DNA of 63,205 bases, filler included, from Dimargaris cristalligena (lineage: Eukaryota), in NCBI GenBank assembly GCA_003614675.1. It is 6 parts of 6 records of this genome, joined end to end, with 100 filler letters (N's around TTAATTAATTAA, not from the genome) between each part and the next. Parts side by side here need not be neighbours in the genome. Positions count along the whole stretch, not along the records: positions 21,143 to 31,590 come from ML003179.1; positions 31,691 to 42,131 come from ML003180.1; 4 more parts are not named here. One strand, 5' to 3'. Shown one piece after another: positions 24,503 to 37,544 of the stretch. The notes under the pieces are model-generated. The model was not told where the DNA came from. It searched no databases and saw only the letters and a list, made by a program, of their open reading frames with translations. Made by a program: the position numbers and the translations under genes. Positions within the stretch are counted from its first letter, which is position 1. Each line of letters begins with the position of its first letter.

Positions 24503-25574
24503 TTAGGCCTTAATGGTTTCCGCCTCGGCTTCCTGGGCGGCCAACCGCTCCTCTTGGCGCTGCTTAACGTCCCAGTTGTAAACCCGGGCAGTATTCACTT
24601 CCATCGTTGTGACTTGTTCCCGTAGAAACTCGACATCCTCACTAGTGGTTTCCAGGGTTTTAGTGGCCGTAGCTAGCTTATCCTTCAGGAGAGCCTGGGC
24701 TTCGGTCAGAGAATATTCGAGCATCACGTTCGCCTGGAAGGGAGAGATTGGGACATCCGGAGAAGACATGGTGCAGTTCCGTTGTAGTTATGAAATACCG
24801 ATACAAAGGCAGGTTGGAGGTTAGAGATCTAAGCTGGACGAGAGGAGGCGTGGTGGAATAGAGTAGACTACATGGTTCATAATGTAAGGGAAATTACGCA
24901 ACTTACTCCGAGCCATAGGTAGACCTTGTCAGCGGACTCGACACGGGCTTTGGCGTAGCAAGTATCGTGGAGTTCGAACTGGGTATTGATGACCTCTCCG
25001 GATTCCTAAAAGCGGGGAGTGGGTCGGATCAGAGTATAGTGGATATAGAACCGGTTGGTTGATTTATAATCTGACGGATCCACTGAAACTACAGGTCTGA
25101 CCCAGTGGAATGGAATGACAAGTAGTTTCCCAAGGTAATTGCACCAGGGGTGGTGACCCGAACACAGTGGTTCAAACTGGGGGGAGGGCTAGCTAATAGA
25201 ATTTCGCGAATGTTACCTGCTTGGATATTAAAAAGTCAACCATGGCCAGGGTCTTCTTAATCTCCGGCACCTTGCCCTCGAGGGACGCCTTCCGCTGCAT
25301 GGTGTTGTTTTCCATAAACTTGTACTTGCTCAGGGTCTCGGCGAATTTTTTGAGGGTTATTTCGGCCGACTCGTTATTTTGGAGGTACTCGCCCACATTT
25401 TCCTGTTGAGAAGGGGGAGAGGGGGGGAGTGTTAAGGGAGATAGGCGACCGGGGAAGTGTTAGACAGGTCTAATGAAAGGAAGGAAAGGAGACCCAGACC
25501 GGAACAGGGAATGTTTGGCTGGAGGTACCTACAATGAACGGAGCCAGGGGGATGCCTCGGGGATTGGATTCCAT
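24503..25574 (-). CDS. PAC10: Prefoldin subunit 3; exons 25574-25533, 25402-25217, 25005-24907, 24733-24503 (185 aa)
   Basis: [17 protein letters not shown]...KYKFME...|[11 protein letters not shown]...VYLWLG|ANVMLEY...[25 protein letters not shown] introns in phase. Confidence 0.93.
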
Positions 25575-26200
25575 CTGACGAGAGATTCAATAAGACTGAC
25601 GAGGGGTTAATTAGGGTAAGGAAACAAATGCACGGATAAGGTTAATGGTTAGGGAGGGTTGGCTCAGGCTCTTCGGAGGAGGTACTACTACTTACTCCCT
25701 TTCTCATCTTTGATGGTTCCCTCCTTTCCCAGTAAGCGGGGGCTAAAGCGGGGAGGGGGAGGAATAATCACCAGGAACATCATTTGACTCCCCCCGATTT
25801 TCCCGCCAGCTTCGTGGATTCCTGCAGCCACCACCACACCAGCAAGAAGAGTATTCCAGCCTCTCCTCCTCCACACAGCTATAATGCTAGCCCCGATTCA
25901 TCCGACCAGTCTCCAAGCCTAGTTTCTTTCTCTTTCGCCTAGTCTTTTTGTCGAATTATATTGTCCAACGGCCCATTAGGGTGCCCTCTTTTCGCTATCT
26001 GTGCCTTTTTATATTATTCCTGCCATCTCCCTCGGCTGTGTGTCTTCTCCACAACCAAGCTTCCACTCTGACTCTTCTCACTCTCACTCGCACTCTCTAT
26101 CTGTAACTAGCTAATTTACCACTGTTCGTTGAACAGATTATCCTTGCCCCCCCTCTTTCCATCTACACCAGTACCACCGCCACCACCCGTACCTGTAAAT

Positions 26201-26573
26201 ATGACCCGTGGTAACCAACGCGACCTCGCTCGGGAAAAGAACCGTAAGAAGGCCGAAAAGGCCGGGAAGGCCAGTAAGACCAAGGACGGCCGCTCTCTCA
26301 TCCAGAAGAAGGAAGACGACGCCGCTATTATGCGCGCGAAGCAGCAGGTAAGTAGTTGTTTCTTTGAGTGCAGTATAATGGATATTATATATATGTAAAT
26401 AGCTTCCCTTAACCACCACATCGTTCACCCTCCACTGTTATATCAGGATCAAGGCATTCGAGTCTCCTCCATTGACCGTTGCTAATTAATAAACGGGCTA
26501 TTTTACCTACCTCCTTACCATAATCCCTCGCTAGAAAAACGCTGAGAAAGCAGCTGAGCCGGCGAAGAAATAA
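26201..26573 (+). CDS. SERF/4F5 family small basic protein; exons 26201-26347, 26535-26573
   Basis: MTRGNQRDLAREKNRKK...DAAIMRAKQ signature, with a GT-AG intron. Confidence 0.9.
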
Positions 26574-27676
26574 TCTCACCGAATCCAGGAAAGCGGCGGT
26601 GCGAACTCCAGGCTCATTAGCACTCAGCCGCCTCGGCAGGCTTGCGGCGCGACCGGACCGGGACTTTCACATTTTTTCACATAAATATGATTCCGGCTAC
26701 GACGCAATGCGACCCTTTTAATTTTTTGTTGGATAGTCCCTAATATCTACGGCTGGCTTGGCCGCCCGCTTCTATACTGTCTTGTTTAGATACCTCCAGG
26801 GTTAGTAGTAGTAATAAGTGACTAAATAAATTCATTCTCAAATAGGCATTTCAGCCCAGACCATTTTCTTATTTTTAAATTCATTCCTGTTTGGCTCTCC
26901 GCCATGCTTAAAATCCTGTGGCGGTCACCCCACCATTGGCTATACTGTCACTTTTTACTCAGATCACGTGGATCCATATGGTTTAGAACATAAGCGGGTG
27001 ATAAACATGGCCAATCGTAACGATTACCACTTCTACTTCTATGAGCACTAGACCAAATACGCGCTGCCATATCCCTTTCAAGTAATAGGCGGGGAAAAGA
27101 GGAGGAACCTGACCTACCCCAACCACCCAATGTTCTCCGTTACAAATTGTCGTCCCAGCGCAGCTGCATTCTGATAGATTACTAAACTGATTATGGGTCC
27201 CCCGAATCGCACTTGCCATTATCAAAGTAGGGAGGGGGAAATTTCAGCCACCCTCTCAAGCTAACCAAAACCCAGGCCCAACATGTAATCTCTTCTGGCT
27301 AAAGCAGTTTAAAGTCTGTGAATAGCGCGATGTGAGTTAAAGAGGAGGTGCCAGCTAATAGGGGGTTGGACTTAACCACCACCCACCTTACAAGCCCAGG
27401 CCCACCGCCAGCGCTTGCTTTGCTGCAGGTATGGTCTGGGGCACAGGAGGGGGGATTCCAACCACCCCACTGAATCTGGAGGATATACCTTAGTGGGACT
27501 TTGCACTGGCTTGAATCCTTTCAAACCAGGTCTGATCCAATCTCCCCTCTTTCTTGAATCTATCCCCACCGCTTAGCGTCTCCTGATTCCTTCGGCTAAG
27601 CCTGTTCCATTCTTTTCCTGCCCTTTTTATTGTATCCCCCAACCCAATTTCATTACCCTCTTTGTTGCTTAGTTCC

Positions 27677-29108
27677 ATGACCCCTTTACACGCCTTCGCC
27701 GCCCCCCTGCGTGCCGCCTGGGCTCGGCCCAACTCGTTGCTGGCCCGTGCCCCCCGGTCGTCCACCCGGCCTCTACTGGGTGCCACTGCCCCTCGTCTGG
27801 GCGCTCTGCGCACCTACGCCACAGAAGCCGTTGCCACGCGACCCAAGAAGATCCCCAACCTCAATAGTACCACCGCCGAATACCAAGTGGCCGAGGATGA
27901 CTTCACCCCCCCCGGACGAGGAGCCCACCGCCACGCTGACCAGTGTCAAACCCTACACCATCAACTTCGGTCCCCAGCATCCCGCCGCCCACGGGGTGTT
28001 GCGCATGATCCTAGAACTGGAGGGTGAACGCATTGTCCGCGCTGACCCTCACGTCGGTCTGCTCCACCGCGGTACCGAAAAACTCATCGAGTACAAAACC
28101 TACCTCCAGGCCCTCCCTTACTTTGATCGGCTCGACTACGTGTCCATGATGACTAACGAACAGGCCTATTCGCTGGCTGTGGAAAAACTTCTCAACATTG
28201 AGCTCCCCGAGCGCGCCAAGTACATTCGTACCCTGTTCGGGGAAATCACCCGCATTCTGAACCACATCATGGCCATCACCACCCATATTATGGACGTGGG
28301 CGCCCTGACCCCCTTCTTGTGGCAGTTTGAAGAGCGGGAGCGTCTGATGGAGTTCTACGAGCGGGTATCGGGTGCCCGTATGCACGCCGCCTACGTCCGC
28401 CCCGGCGGAGTGACTTCGGATATGCCCATTGGCCTGATGGACGACATCTACACCTGGGCCAAGGTGTACGCCGACCGTTTGGACGAAATGGAGGACGTGG
28501 TCTCCGGAAACCGTATCTGGGTGAACCGGACCAAGGATATCGGTATCCTGACGGCCCAGCAGGCCCTGGACTGGGGTTGCTCTGGAGTCATGTTGCGCGG
28601 TAGTGGTATCCAATGGGATATCCGTAAGGAAAAGCCCTACGACGCCTACGACAAGGTCGAATTCGACGTGCCTGTCGGTACCCGCGGCGACTGTTACGAT
28701 CGGTACCTGTGCCGTATCGAAGAAATGCGCCAGTCCCTCCGCATCATCCAGCAATGCCTCACCCAAATGCCCGACGGCCCCGTCAAGGTTGAAGACTGGA
28801 AGATCGCTCCGCCCCCGCGGGTCCACATGAAGGAAAATATGGAGGCCCTGATCCACCACTTCAAACTCTACTCCGAGGGCTTCTACGTGCCACCTGGTGA
28901 AACCTACACCGTCATCGAGGCCCCGAAGGGTGAATTCGGCGTCTACCTCGTTTCCGATGGCTCCAATCGCCCCTACCGCTGTAAAATCAAGGCCCCCGGT
29001 TTCGCCCATCTGGCCGTCACCGAAACGATGGCCCGCGACCACATGTTGGCCGATATGGTGACCATCATTGGTACTTGTGATTTGGTGTTCGGTGAAGTCG
29101 ATCGTTAA
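27677..29108 (+). CDS. NDUFS2: NADH:ubiquinone oxidoreductase 49-kDa subunit, with an apparent frameshift at the C8 run 27906-27913
   Basis: [37 protein letters not shown] and C-terminal DLVFGEVDR. The Arg/Ala-rich presequence from ATG 27677 is in a different frame from the conserved core. Confidence 0.95.
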
Positions 29109-30017
29109 GTATTGATCGGATCTATCCATGACCGGTGCAGGGAAGGGGGGCGGTGGGGTGGTTCTATCACCTACTCCATCCGGTGGAGTTTCAAGGGGTG
29201 CCTTGAGGAACGATTGCTTGCCAATCTCCAGGGTTACTTCATACATCTACATTTGGATATCATTTTATTTTTATTTTTATTTACTTATACTCTTTATTTG
29301 CATCGCCCCCTTCCAAGCACCTCGTTATTTGTTTGTCTTCTCAGCGCCCTTTCCGTTTTCGCAGCTATTATTTAATGTCCACATAGATAAATCATGACAG
29401 CAAATGTTGTTCGTTGAATTTATAAAGGGCCACCAGCCTTGTATGTATCATTACCGGTTTGTGGGTGGGGGACTGGTTTCAGGTGAGGCTGCGTTGGGTT
29501 AACAGGTCATTAAACTTGCCTATCCTCTTTGAACACCTCAATGACAATGCCGTGTCCGCCACTGTAATGGCAACAGCGACTCTGCACCAGAACTAATTTT
29601 ATATTGATTCAGGTCGTTGTATTTAATTCGAGATAAAAATAGATGGAAAGAGGTCGGGTGGCTGGTGCCGAGGCGGAAAGTTGGTATATGGTGTGGGTAA
29701 TTATAATTGGAAATGCGATAAACAAATGGTAAAACAACAACAACAACAAGCAAACTAGGCGCAGATGCTCATTCGAAAACGGCGAAAGATAGATCCACAG
29801 AATAGGTAAAAGTGGAGGGAAGAAAAGCTATCAACAGCAGTATTTGGCCTATATAATTATATGTATTGAAATAAATAGGCGAAAAATCACCTAGGTTCAC
29901 ACATATGTATGTATATATATATACGTGGATAAGGTTGGGCGGGGTCCCTCGTATTTGGGGGAATGGGGCCGATAATGCATCAAATGTATCCATCGAAGCT
30001 CACGAATATGAGGCTAT

Positions 30018-30698
30018 TTAGGCATCCTTCTGAGCCCCGGCGGCCGACTGCTCGACCAATACACCGACCTGGGGGTATTTACTAGTAAACAAAGCCTCCC
30101 AATCACGCAGAGCCTCACGTTCGTCATCCGCCAAATCTGCCAGAGTATCCAGGGGCCCATCCACATTGGGCAGCATATCCTTTTCGAACGAACCCTTGGC
30201 CAGACCACGGGAAGCATCATGACCCGCGAAGTTACCGTAGGGGCCCTCCGGACCGTAGAAATTGGCGCCCTTGGTCACGTCAAACACCTTACCATTGACC
30301 GCCATGTAAATTTTGGCCGGGGCCGCCGTAGTAGTAGTAGCGGAGGAAGAGTCTTTCGCGACAGGTGTTTCAACGCTCGATTCGGGGGCCTTTTGGACGG
30401 TACCGTTGAAGGCAAGCAGATCGCGCATGGTGAATTGACGGAACTCGACGGTTTCGGGGTGTTTCGGTTGGGCGGGGGTGGCAGTGGCGGACGCCGAAGA
30501 CGAAGTTGAAGCCGTAGCTGCGGTGGCCGGGCCGGCCCGTCTATGCCCAGCGGTCGAGGCATGAGTCGCCGACGAGGAAGTGGCGGCACTGGGGAAGAGG
30601 ATGGTACGCAGCATGTACAGGAGGACCGCGACCAGCACCCAGTGGGTAGGGTTCTCCTTAAACTGGAGGACAAGGTTATTAAGGAATTCCGGAAGCAT
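30018..30698 (-). CDS. DAP1: Membrane-associated progesterone receptor family cytochrome b5-like heme-binding protein
   Basis: N-terminal TM segment; IYMAVNGKVFDVTKGANFYGPEGPYGNFAGHDASRGLAK...W...F..KYP.VG.L. Confidence 0.92.
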   Translation of the reverse strand: MLPEFLNNLVLQFKENPTHWVLVAVLLYMLRTILFPSAATSSSATHASTAGHRRAGPATAATASTSSSASATATPAQPKHPETVEFRQFTMRDLLAFNGTVQKAPESSVETPVAKDSSSATTTTAAPAKIYMAVNGKVFDVTKGANFYGPEGPYGNFAGHDASRGLAKGSFEKDMLPNVDGPLDTLADLADDEREALRDWEALFTSKYPQVGVLVEQSAAGAQKDA

Positions 30699-31419
30699 GG
30701 TAAGTGATGAATGTACAGGTCGTAGCAATGCTAATAGGAACAATGAGGCCGGAATTAGAGGGGGGGAGTGAAAACAAAGTCTATTGACCTATCGCAATGG
30801 GGGTATTCTTCGAGGTCCTAATCGGAGAAAGAGGTGGGAAGGGAAGAGAAGTGGAGAAATGGGGAAACAAGAGGAGGAGGAGGGTTACTTAGATCTTATC
30901 CTGAAGGACTTATGGAAGCGCAAGGGTGGAAGGCCGAAGCCACCCAAGGTAGCTTAGTCAGTCGTTGGTCTTCCATGTTGTCAGGGGAGCAATATTCCTT
31001 ATACCAGCAAAAGGGTTGGCGGGATGGGAAAAAACCTACACCATTACCAAATTAGGCCTATTGGCGGCTCTAATAATGCAGTCCGCCTTTCCCATGGCCC
31101 TGGTACTGACAGTTTAGTAAAGCGAACTACTAAAATCATAAAGTGGGCCTTGACCCAGGTTTATACATATATTACCAGTTGAAAATTGGACATTTAACAA
31201 CTGAGACCATGCTCATATGGGGGAGGCTCAGTAAGGCAGTATAACGAGAAATCCGCTAGATGAGGAAAATATTACTGGCTGAAAATGCATCTACCACCAA
31301 CTTGTTAACGTATTCAATAAATCCAAGTAAAGAGAATCCCTCAATCTCTTTATGGCCCGCCTCTCGTATTATAGCTTAGATATTATTCTTTAAGATCGGG
31401 AATTCTATTTATAATACTC

Positions 31420-31590
31420 TGTTGTGGTCACAATTAATACCACAAGGTAATATAGCCCGATAACCTTATCAGGGCCAACTGGAGCAGCCTCAGTCTAGTG
31501 GGAAAAACTAACTGGCTAAGGGAAACACGCACTTTGGCGGGGACAATTCTTATCTGATCTTCAGATAGGGACAACTAGGACAACCGGGGA
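31420..31590 (+). mobile_element. End of an LTR-like repeat (family A2), cut by the contig end
   Basis: Begins TGTTGTGGTCACAAT and matches 10402-10472. Confidence 0.75.
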
Positions 31591-31690
31591 NNNNNNNNNN
31601 NNNNNNNNNNNNNNNNNNNNNNNNNNNNNNNNNNTTAATTAATTAANNNNNNNNNNNNNNNNNNNNNNNNNNNNNNNNNNNNNNNNNNNN
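31591..31690. other. Artificial contig spacer
   Basis: N run with TTAATTAATTAA. Confidence 0.98.
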
Positions 31691-32562
31691 ACTATTTGGT
31701 GTTTGGTCGCCACCCTCGGATACCTGGTGACCGAATTTTACCATTATTACTGGAGTCAGATATCAACACACTACAACACCATGCTCGACAACATATACCT
31801 AGTGTTCAAGGACATCGCAAATGTGTATTTTCAATTCGCCAACTCACACAAGCTCGTATCTGACAACGATTCTGGAATAATCAACCCCGACCTCACCAAT
31901 TCAAAGTTGATGATGCTGTTTTGTTACGAGATCCCACAGCTCGATCTTTACAATCCCATTGGTTTGGACCATTCCGAATCCACCAGGTTTTACGATATAA
32001 CACATATCTGTTAATGTCACCTAACATGACCATCAGTCCCATTCCTATCCACGCCTCCCGCTTGAAACCAGCTGTAGTATCGGATGCTAACTATCGCGCC
32101 TGGCATTTACCCCCGCGGTATATACGCACCCTTGGGGAGGATGGTGTTGTGGTAGGACCTGAGACCACTTAGTTAACCATAGTATTCCTTTTCTATTTTT
32201 ATATCCTTTTATCAACGAAGTCCTGATTTATTATTTTATAGCCTTGCAATATCATAGCAAGTGAGAAATACATCAAATACCACTTACATTTATATTTAAT
32301 ATCATCATTAGCCAGATATATTCGTAAACTCGTCATTATTTATCAATTCAAGCAGTAATACCATGTAGGTTGAACTTCAACCACCTCCTAAGTATAAATA
32401 CCTCCAAGAATCGCAACTTTTAATAAAATATCTCTTTTTTCATTCTTCTGAACTGTACCGGCAGTTTTGCCTACAGTTATCTTGAGTCCGATTTTACTAT
32501 ATCTTTTGACAATAAGGCATTTTCGCCTATTATTATATTAGTCACTCTGCCACACCACAACA
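31691..32562 (+). mobile_element. 3' end of a Ty3/gypsy LTR retrotransposon: integrase C-terminus, polypurine tract 32134-32144, 3' LTR 32145-32562
   Basis: SLQSHWFGPFRIHQVLRYNTYLL...IHASRLKP (GPY/F module). GGGGAGGATGG sits directly before a 418-bp LTR bounded by TGTTGTGG...CCACAACA with internal TATAAATA and AATAAA. Confidence 0.88.
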
Positions 32563-32574
32563 ATAATATGCAGT

Positions 32575-32646
32575 GGCTCGGTGGTTTAGTGGTATAATAC
32601 TCCCTTAGGGTGGGAGTGGTCCCGGGTTCGATTCCCGGCCGAGCCC
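32575..32646 (+). tRNA. tRNA-Pro (anticodon AGG)
   Basis: Acceptor stem GGCTCGG/CCGAGCC, anticodon arm CTCCC-TTAGGGT-GGGAG, T loop GGTTCGATTCC, followed by T-run terminator. Confidence 0.97.
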
Positions 32647-33359
32647 GTTGTTTTTATTTTTTCCTCTTTCCTTCAAGTCTGTACCGTATTGCTTTTAAAA
32701 TGGGCCTAGGAAAGACGGTTGATTTTTGAATGATTTTATGTTTTTGTTTTTGAAGGTATTGTCTATAGGGAAACTTTTGCTATTTGTATTTGCCTATAGT
32801 TTGAAGGGCTGTCTAGTTGCAATTGGGAGAGAAAGCAGTCCTTACGTTGAATAAATTGAGCCTCCTTCTGTAAACTTATGCTTTTCCATCGGACCAGTGC
32901 TTAAAGGTGAATTAGTCTTTAGTGGGGTAGTTTAAGGGGTGGGAGGGCGATCTTTAATTACTTGGGTGGGTTTTGATTTGGCAGTGTTTATTATTTAACC
33001 CAGCGTGGTTATCAGATTGTTGTTGAAATAGTGTAAATTAATTATATTTCTGAACTGTGATTGGACCCGTCGTGTGCAATATTCCACGTTAACGTAACAA
33101 CCCCCTTATCCCTGAATTCTCGCAAGGACTCTTATATTGTGTCACTTGTGTTGCCCTCAAGAGGTGGGCTATGCATTTGGGTCCAGAATCTACTATACCT
33201 TTCCCCGCCATTGGGTCACACCAGTTCTCATTCCTCCGATGCTTCTATAATTCAGCCCAGGTGGCTTAGCTTGTGTTCTCTCATTCCCTTAATTTTATTA
33301 GCGCGCTGCCATTTGCTATCCCCACGCGGATTATCCCACTTGTTTATATTGCGTCCAAC

Positions 33360-34077
33360 ATGGCACATTCCACCTCCCAAACCAATTCTGTTGGCCGTTC
33401 CAGTTCGCAGCCACCAACGGTAAGTACCTCTCTCTCTTTCAGCTCCACCCCAAACCCCGACTGGCCCACAAGACTTACAGACGTGTCCGGTTTTTCTCCA
33501 CGCAAAGCCGCCTCTGGTAGTAATACAACCTCACCCTTGTTTACCCTGCTGGTCCGTGTATATTACTTAGCCGTTCCATGGTATTTTCCAACAAGCGGAG
33601 GACAATCTCAATGATTTATTAACCCGCAAAACGGAGCTCGACCGTAGTTTGGTAAGTAATTGGTATTCTTATATGACGTGTGTGGGAAATGCACGTCGAA
33701 CCTTTCGCTCTTTAGCAATACAAAGAATTGCGTTGGTTAGCAACATTAGCGCTTCGACTAAAAACCTGTTTTCTAACGGAAATCCTTTGTATTGTAGGCT
33801 ACGCTGGAGGCATCGATCTTTGCCTACGAAGGCACATACTTAAACGATACCTACCCCGGCAATATTATCCGAGGATTTAATGGCTACCTAGCCAAACCCG
33901 TTGAAGTTGAATCGCGTCCAGTTACCGAAAAAGACCGGATTTTTTCTAACTCCTCGTCGACTTATAAACAGGTAAATTGTTTGCGACTCATTATTTATAG
34001 CGTGGCGGTCTTCACATATCCTTTCACTCAGCTTACCCCTGGTATCACCTGGCCATTAGCTATTGCTCTCCAACTGA
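33360..34077 (+). CDS. EAF6: NuA4/NuA3 histone acetyltransferase subunit Eaf6; exons 33360-33419, 33571-33651, 33798-33971, last exon uncertain
   Basis: LLTRKTELDRSL|ATLEASIFAYEGTYLNDTYPGNIIRGFNGYL...DRIFSNSS; canonical splice sites. Confidence 0.85.
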
Positions 34078-34668
34078 ATGATTAATTGTAAAATCTACTG
34101 GAAAATAGCTAATTTCATGATATTTGATATTCTTTACGGCGGGTTGTTATCCGTAGTCCCTTGAAGTGAAAAAACGGGTAGATCAACTTTACCCCAAACT
34201 GAACCCTTCCGATCATTACCAGGCGGCGGCCCGAACTTACAAACCCCTTGGGCCAGTAGATCATGCGAAGAGACGTAGAATCAGCCCGACCCCCCATTCA
34301 CCACGAACAACGAATCGCCTCTAAAGCAGTATTCGCCCTCTTTGGCCTGGCGGTTCTAAAGGCGTTGTACTTCATATCATCAAAATATGGCGCTATTGCC
34401 ATTTAATCACTTACTTTACTAAAATACCTAGGCAGTTTTATATGATCTTTCAGGGTCCCTGTGATTTTACCTGTCTCCATGATATTTGACGGGGTATTGG
34501 TCAGGATAATATCACCCATTGCCTACTTTTCTTATGTGGGATGAGGATGCTACCAACATAGGACCAGTACCTAGCGTTTTTGCACGAAAGACGGGCTGGT
34601 AAACCATTTTGGATTAGCAATAGATCATTTTAATAAAAACCGATGGTAACTGAATCCATCCTAGCTGT

Positions 34669-36900
34669 CTACACTTTCTTGCGCTTCTTGATTTCACGGA
34701 GATATTGGGCGCCTGTATCGTTCTGGTCGTTGAAAAATTCACTATTTAAACCAGGACGAACATTGGTAACACATGAGCAGTAACAGATCAGTTAGAATTA
34801 CAATGGTAATAAGCTAAAGGGTTCCCTGTCAGTCTGCCGTCAAGGCATCCCTTTATGCCCATGCAATAACCACCAAGGGCCATGATGTCGCTTCAATTAT
34901 ACCCTAAGGATTTTGCCGAATGCCAGGAAACGTAGGGTTGAGGTATTTTTAAGCATACTTACAGGATTGGATCGTGTGATTCAGCGTCTGAGGTGGGTCC
35001 ATCTTTACGTTTAGCGAACGGCGGCGGGGCGGCAGTGACCGGCTTATTCGTCTCCACCATGACCCCTTCATCAGTGCGATACATGGTCGGCGAGTCAAAT
35101 GCGCGAAATCCACTGCGTTGGTTGGACTTGACCTCAAATCCGTGTCGAGTTCGTTCGTGCGTTTTAAGACCACTGGCCTTCTTGGTCATTGGGTCGATAA
35201 AATTCATCCCGGTGGTTCTATCAGCCAGGCAAGATATTATGGGTAATTATTTCCTCAAAGAGGTTAGTGTAAATCCAATAAGGGAACCCATGCAATAAGA
35301 AATATCTAATGCACGATGAGCTGACTGCGATACCATACGAGGCCAAGCACATTGTGAAAAGTAGAATAAATAGATAAGTTCTAGTTCTAACCTGGCGGTT
35401 CCCCACCAGTACTCGACTGTTAATTTATACCCACGAGAGGTATCACAATAGCCGACCACCATCGGGGATCCGTTGGGTTATATACTTACCCAGTAGCGAA
35501 TTCCATGCGGGACGCCTTAAATTGTCGGAAAGATGCCTCCAAGTGGTGGGCACAGAGATTGCACTTCGATCTAGTTTATCAGATGGTGAAAATACAATAC
35601 ACTATGTTAGTTGACCGCCTAATTGACATGGGAAATGTCCTTAAATGGTGATGATTAGTCTCAAGGTCTCACCGGAGGCCGGGTACGGGGGTTGTAAAGG
35701 GATAGCTTACTTATTAATCGGTACGGGGCAAGCCCTCTTACCGGTCGACAGGTGCGTACAGCGACCAAGGTCGGTACTTTGACCGATAACGAGAAGTTGG
35801 GATCGCGAGTTTATGGATAGGCCCAGTGATTGTTGTTTCTAATGTTACATCGCCGAAGAGAGAAGGGGACAGGCAATAAAAGGCAGTGGTGTCAGTCTTC
35901 AGGTTCAACTTAAACCACAGTGGGCCCAGTGTGAAAAGTAGAACTGTCAGCAATCAGAAAAGACCGACGGGAGTTGTGGTCCGGTAATGGAGTGACAAGA
36001 GAACATATAAAATAGGTTCGTTTTTACCTCTGTGGGCTTTAAGAACCCTGGGTTCAGTATCGCAATAATATGGCCGTTTTTTAATTGGTCTTGATCCGTT
36101 TTGAATTCAGCGTCCGAGCCGAACAGAATCAGGTTGAGGTTATTCTCCTTTAGATCCGTTAGCTTAAATGACCGGTAGGACTGATCATTTTTGGACTTTT
36201 GGATGGAGCCGACTTCCCATATTACAACGATGGTGACCCAATTGCCAGTGACGGAGTTATGTACGGAGGGGGCTTTGATTTTGTGGATGGGGTGGATAGG
36301 CCAGTGTCGCATTCTGGCGTGCATATCTTTGACGGATATACTGCGGTTGCTGATAAGGTTGTAATAAAAAGGTGCCCCGAGAGGAATAGGATATGCAATT
36401 CTGGTATGAGTATGTCCCGATTGACTAAATATGCAAATGGCCTCTAAAAACGGAATGCTGTTTCGTTCAATCAACTGGGTCAAGTGGAAATAACGACTGA
36501 AGCTGACAATATCCTCCAGACTTACCTTACACGGAACCCGGAGTATGGTTCGATCCTCTCGTCGGTCCAGGCCAGGATTTTCGGATGGTGCGAGAATTCA
36601 GCAATCGCTGGCCCAACGGCCTGGTCTATAGTATACATTACAAAGAGCTACTGGTATTAGTGTGTGTTCCATCAACATTGGTGTCTAATGACCCATACCG
36701 CTGGAAGATTGCCGCAAGAGCCCTGGCTGGCGAGGTCTGGTAAAGAATGGGGGACCTCATGTCGTTGACCTACTGAAATCCTTAATGATTGGAACTTGCA
36801 CGTGGTCCTTCCGGCGATTGACTTTGGCCTGGCGGAGCTGTTTCATTTTATCCAAGAATGTGGACTTGCAGCCGGTACCGCTCGTCGAAGAAGTAGCCAT
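34669..36900 (-). CDS. MCM10: DNA replication factor Mcm10, multi-exon; 3' end uncertain
   Basis: IEPYSGFRVR; OB fold GNWVTIVVI...FKLTDLK...IIAILNP; zinc finger LLVIGQSTDLGRC...C...IN|..CNLCAHH...RMEF assembled across GT-AG introns. Confidence 0.85.
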
Positions 36901-37544
36901 GGTTGGAATATAAAAGCGGGGTTTCGGGTATTGAGACAGTAACAAGCACTGGTGGCCAGGGTCTGTCTGTTTTATTAGTTAGGGATACACCAGGACAGTT
37001 GTGGAGTACTAATGAGCATGGGTAGTGGCGTCGGCCTAACAGCTTGGTTATACTAGACTCTCGGAATGTGGCTGCAATGAATGCGAATGAACGGGATTGT
37101 TTATAGTCGGCGGTTTGGTAAACAGAGGGCTGAAGGTTGAAGCAGAGTATGTTTGGGAAGTCCACCCGCTTTGTTGCTATTGGGAACTGGAGTGCAGATA
37201 CGATTTTACTCTCTCCAACCGCAACCAGCTCGGCCAGATCACATTGCAAGAGCCAGTCAGGTGGGCGAATGAGAGCAGCTCCCAGGTCCTGTTATTTAGA
37301 CCCATTTGACACTTCTACTTGGTACAGGGTAAGGCTGAGTGACTCACAAAACAGACCATGCCAGCCAGAGTGACGACATAGGAATATATAGCGGGGACTG
37401 CCCACACCCCATATCTTTCAACTTTCCTTGCCCCGATTCCAACGAATACTCCTCTCTGTTAATACATACATACGCATTCTCCAAGCGTCAACCTATCCGC
37501 TCTCTAAGTAGCCCTCGACAACTCACCCAAACTACTTCGTTACC

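Noticed and set aside
28011-29246. 411-aa antisense ORF, and similar antisense ORFs over ARG3 and SPB1
   Set aside because: Shadow ORFs caused by GC3-rich codon usage of the sense gene; no motifs.
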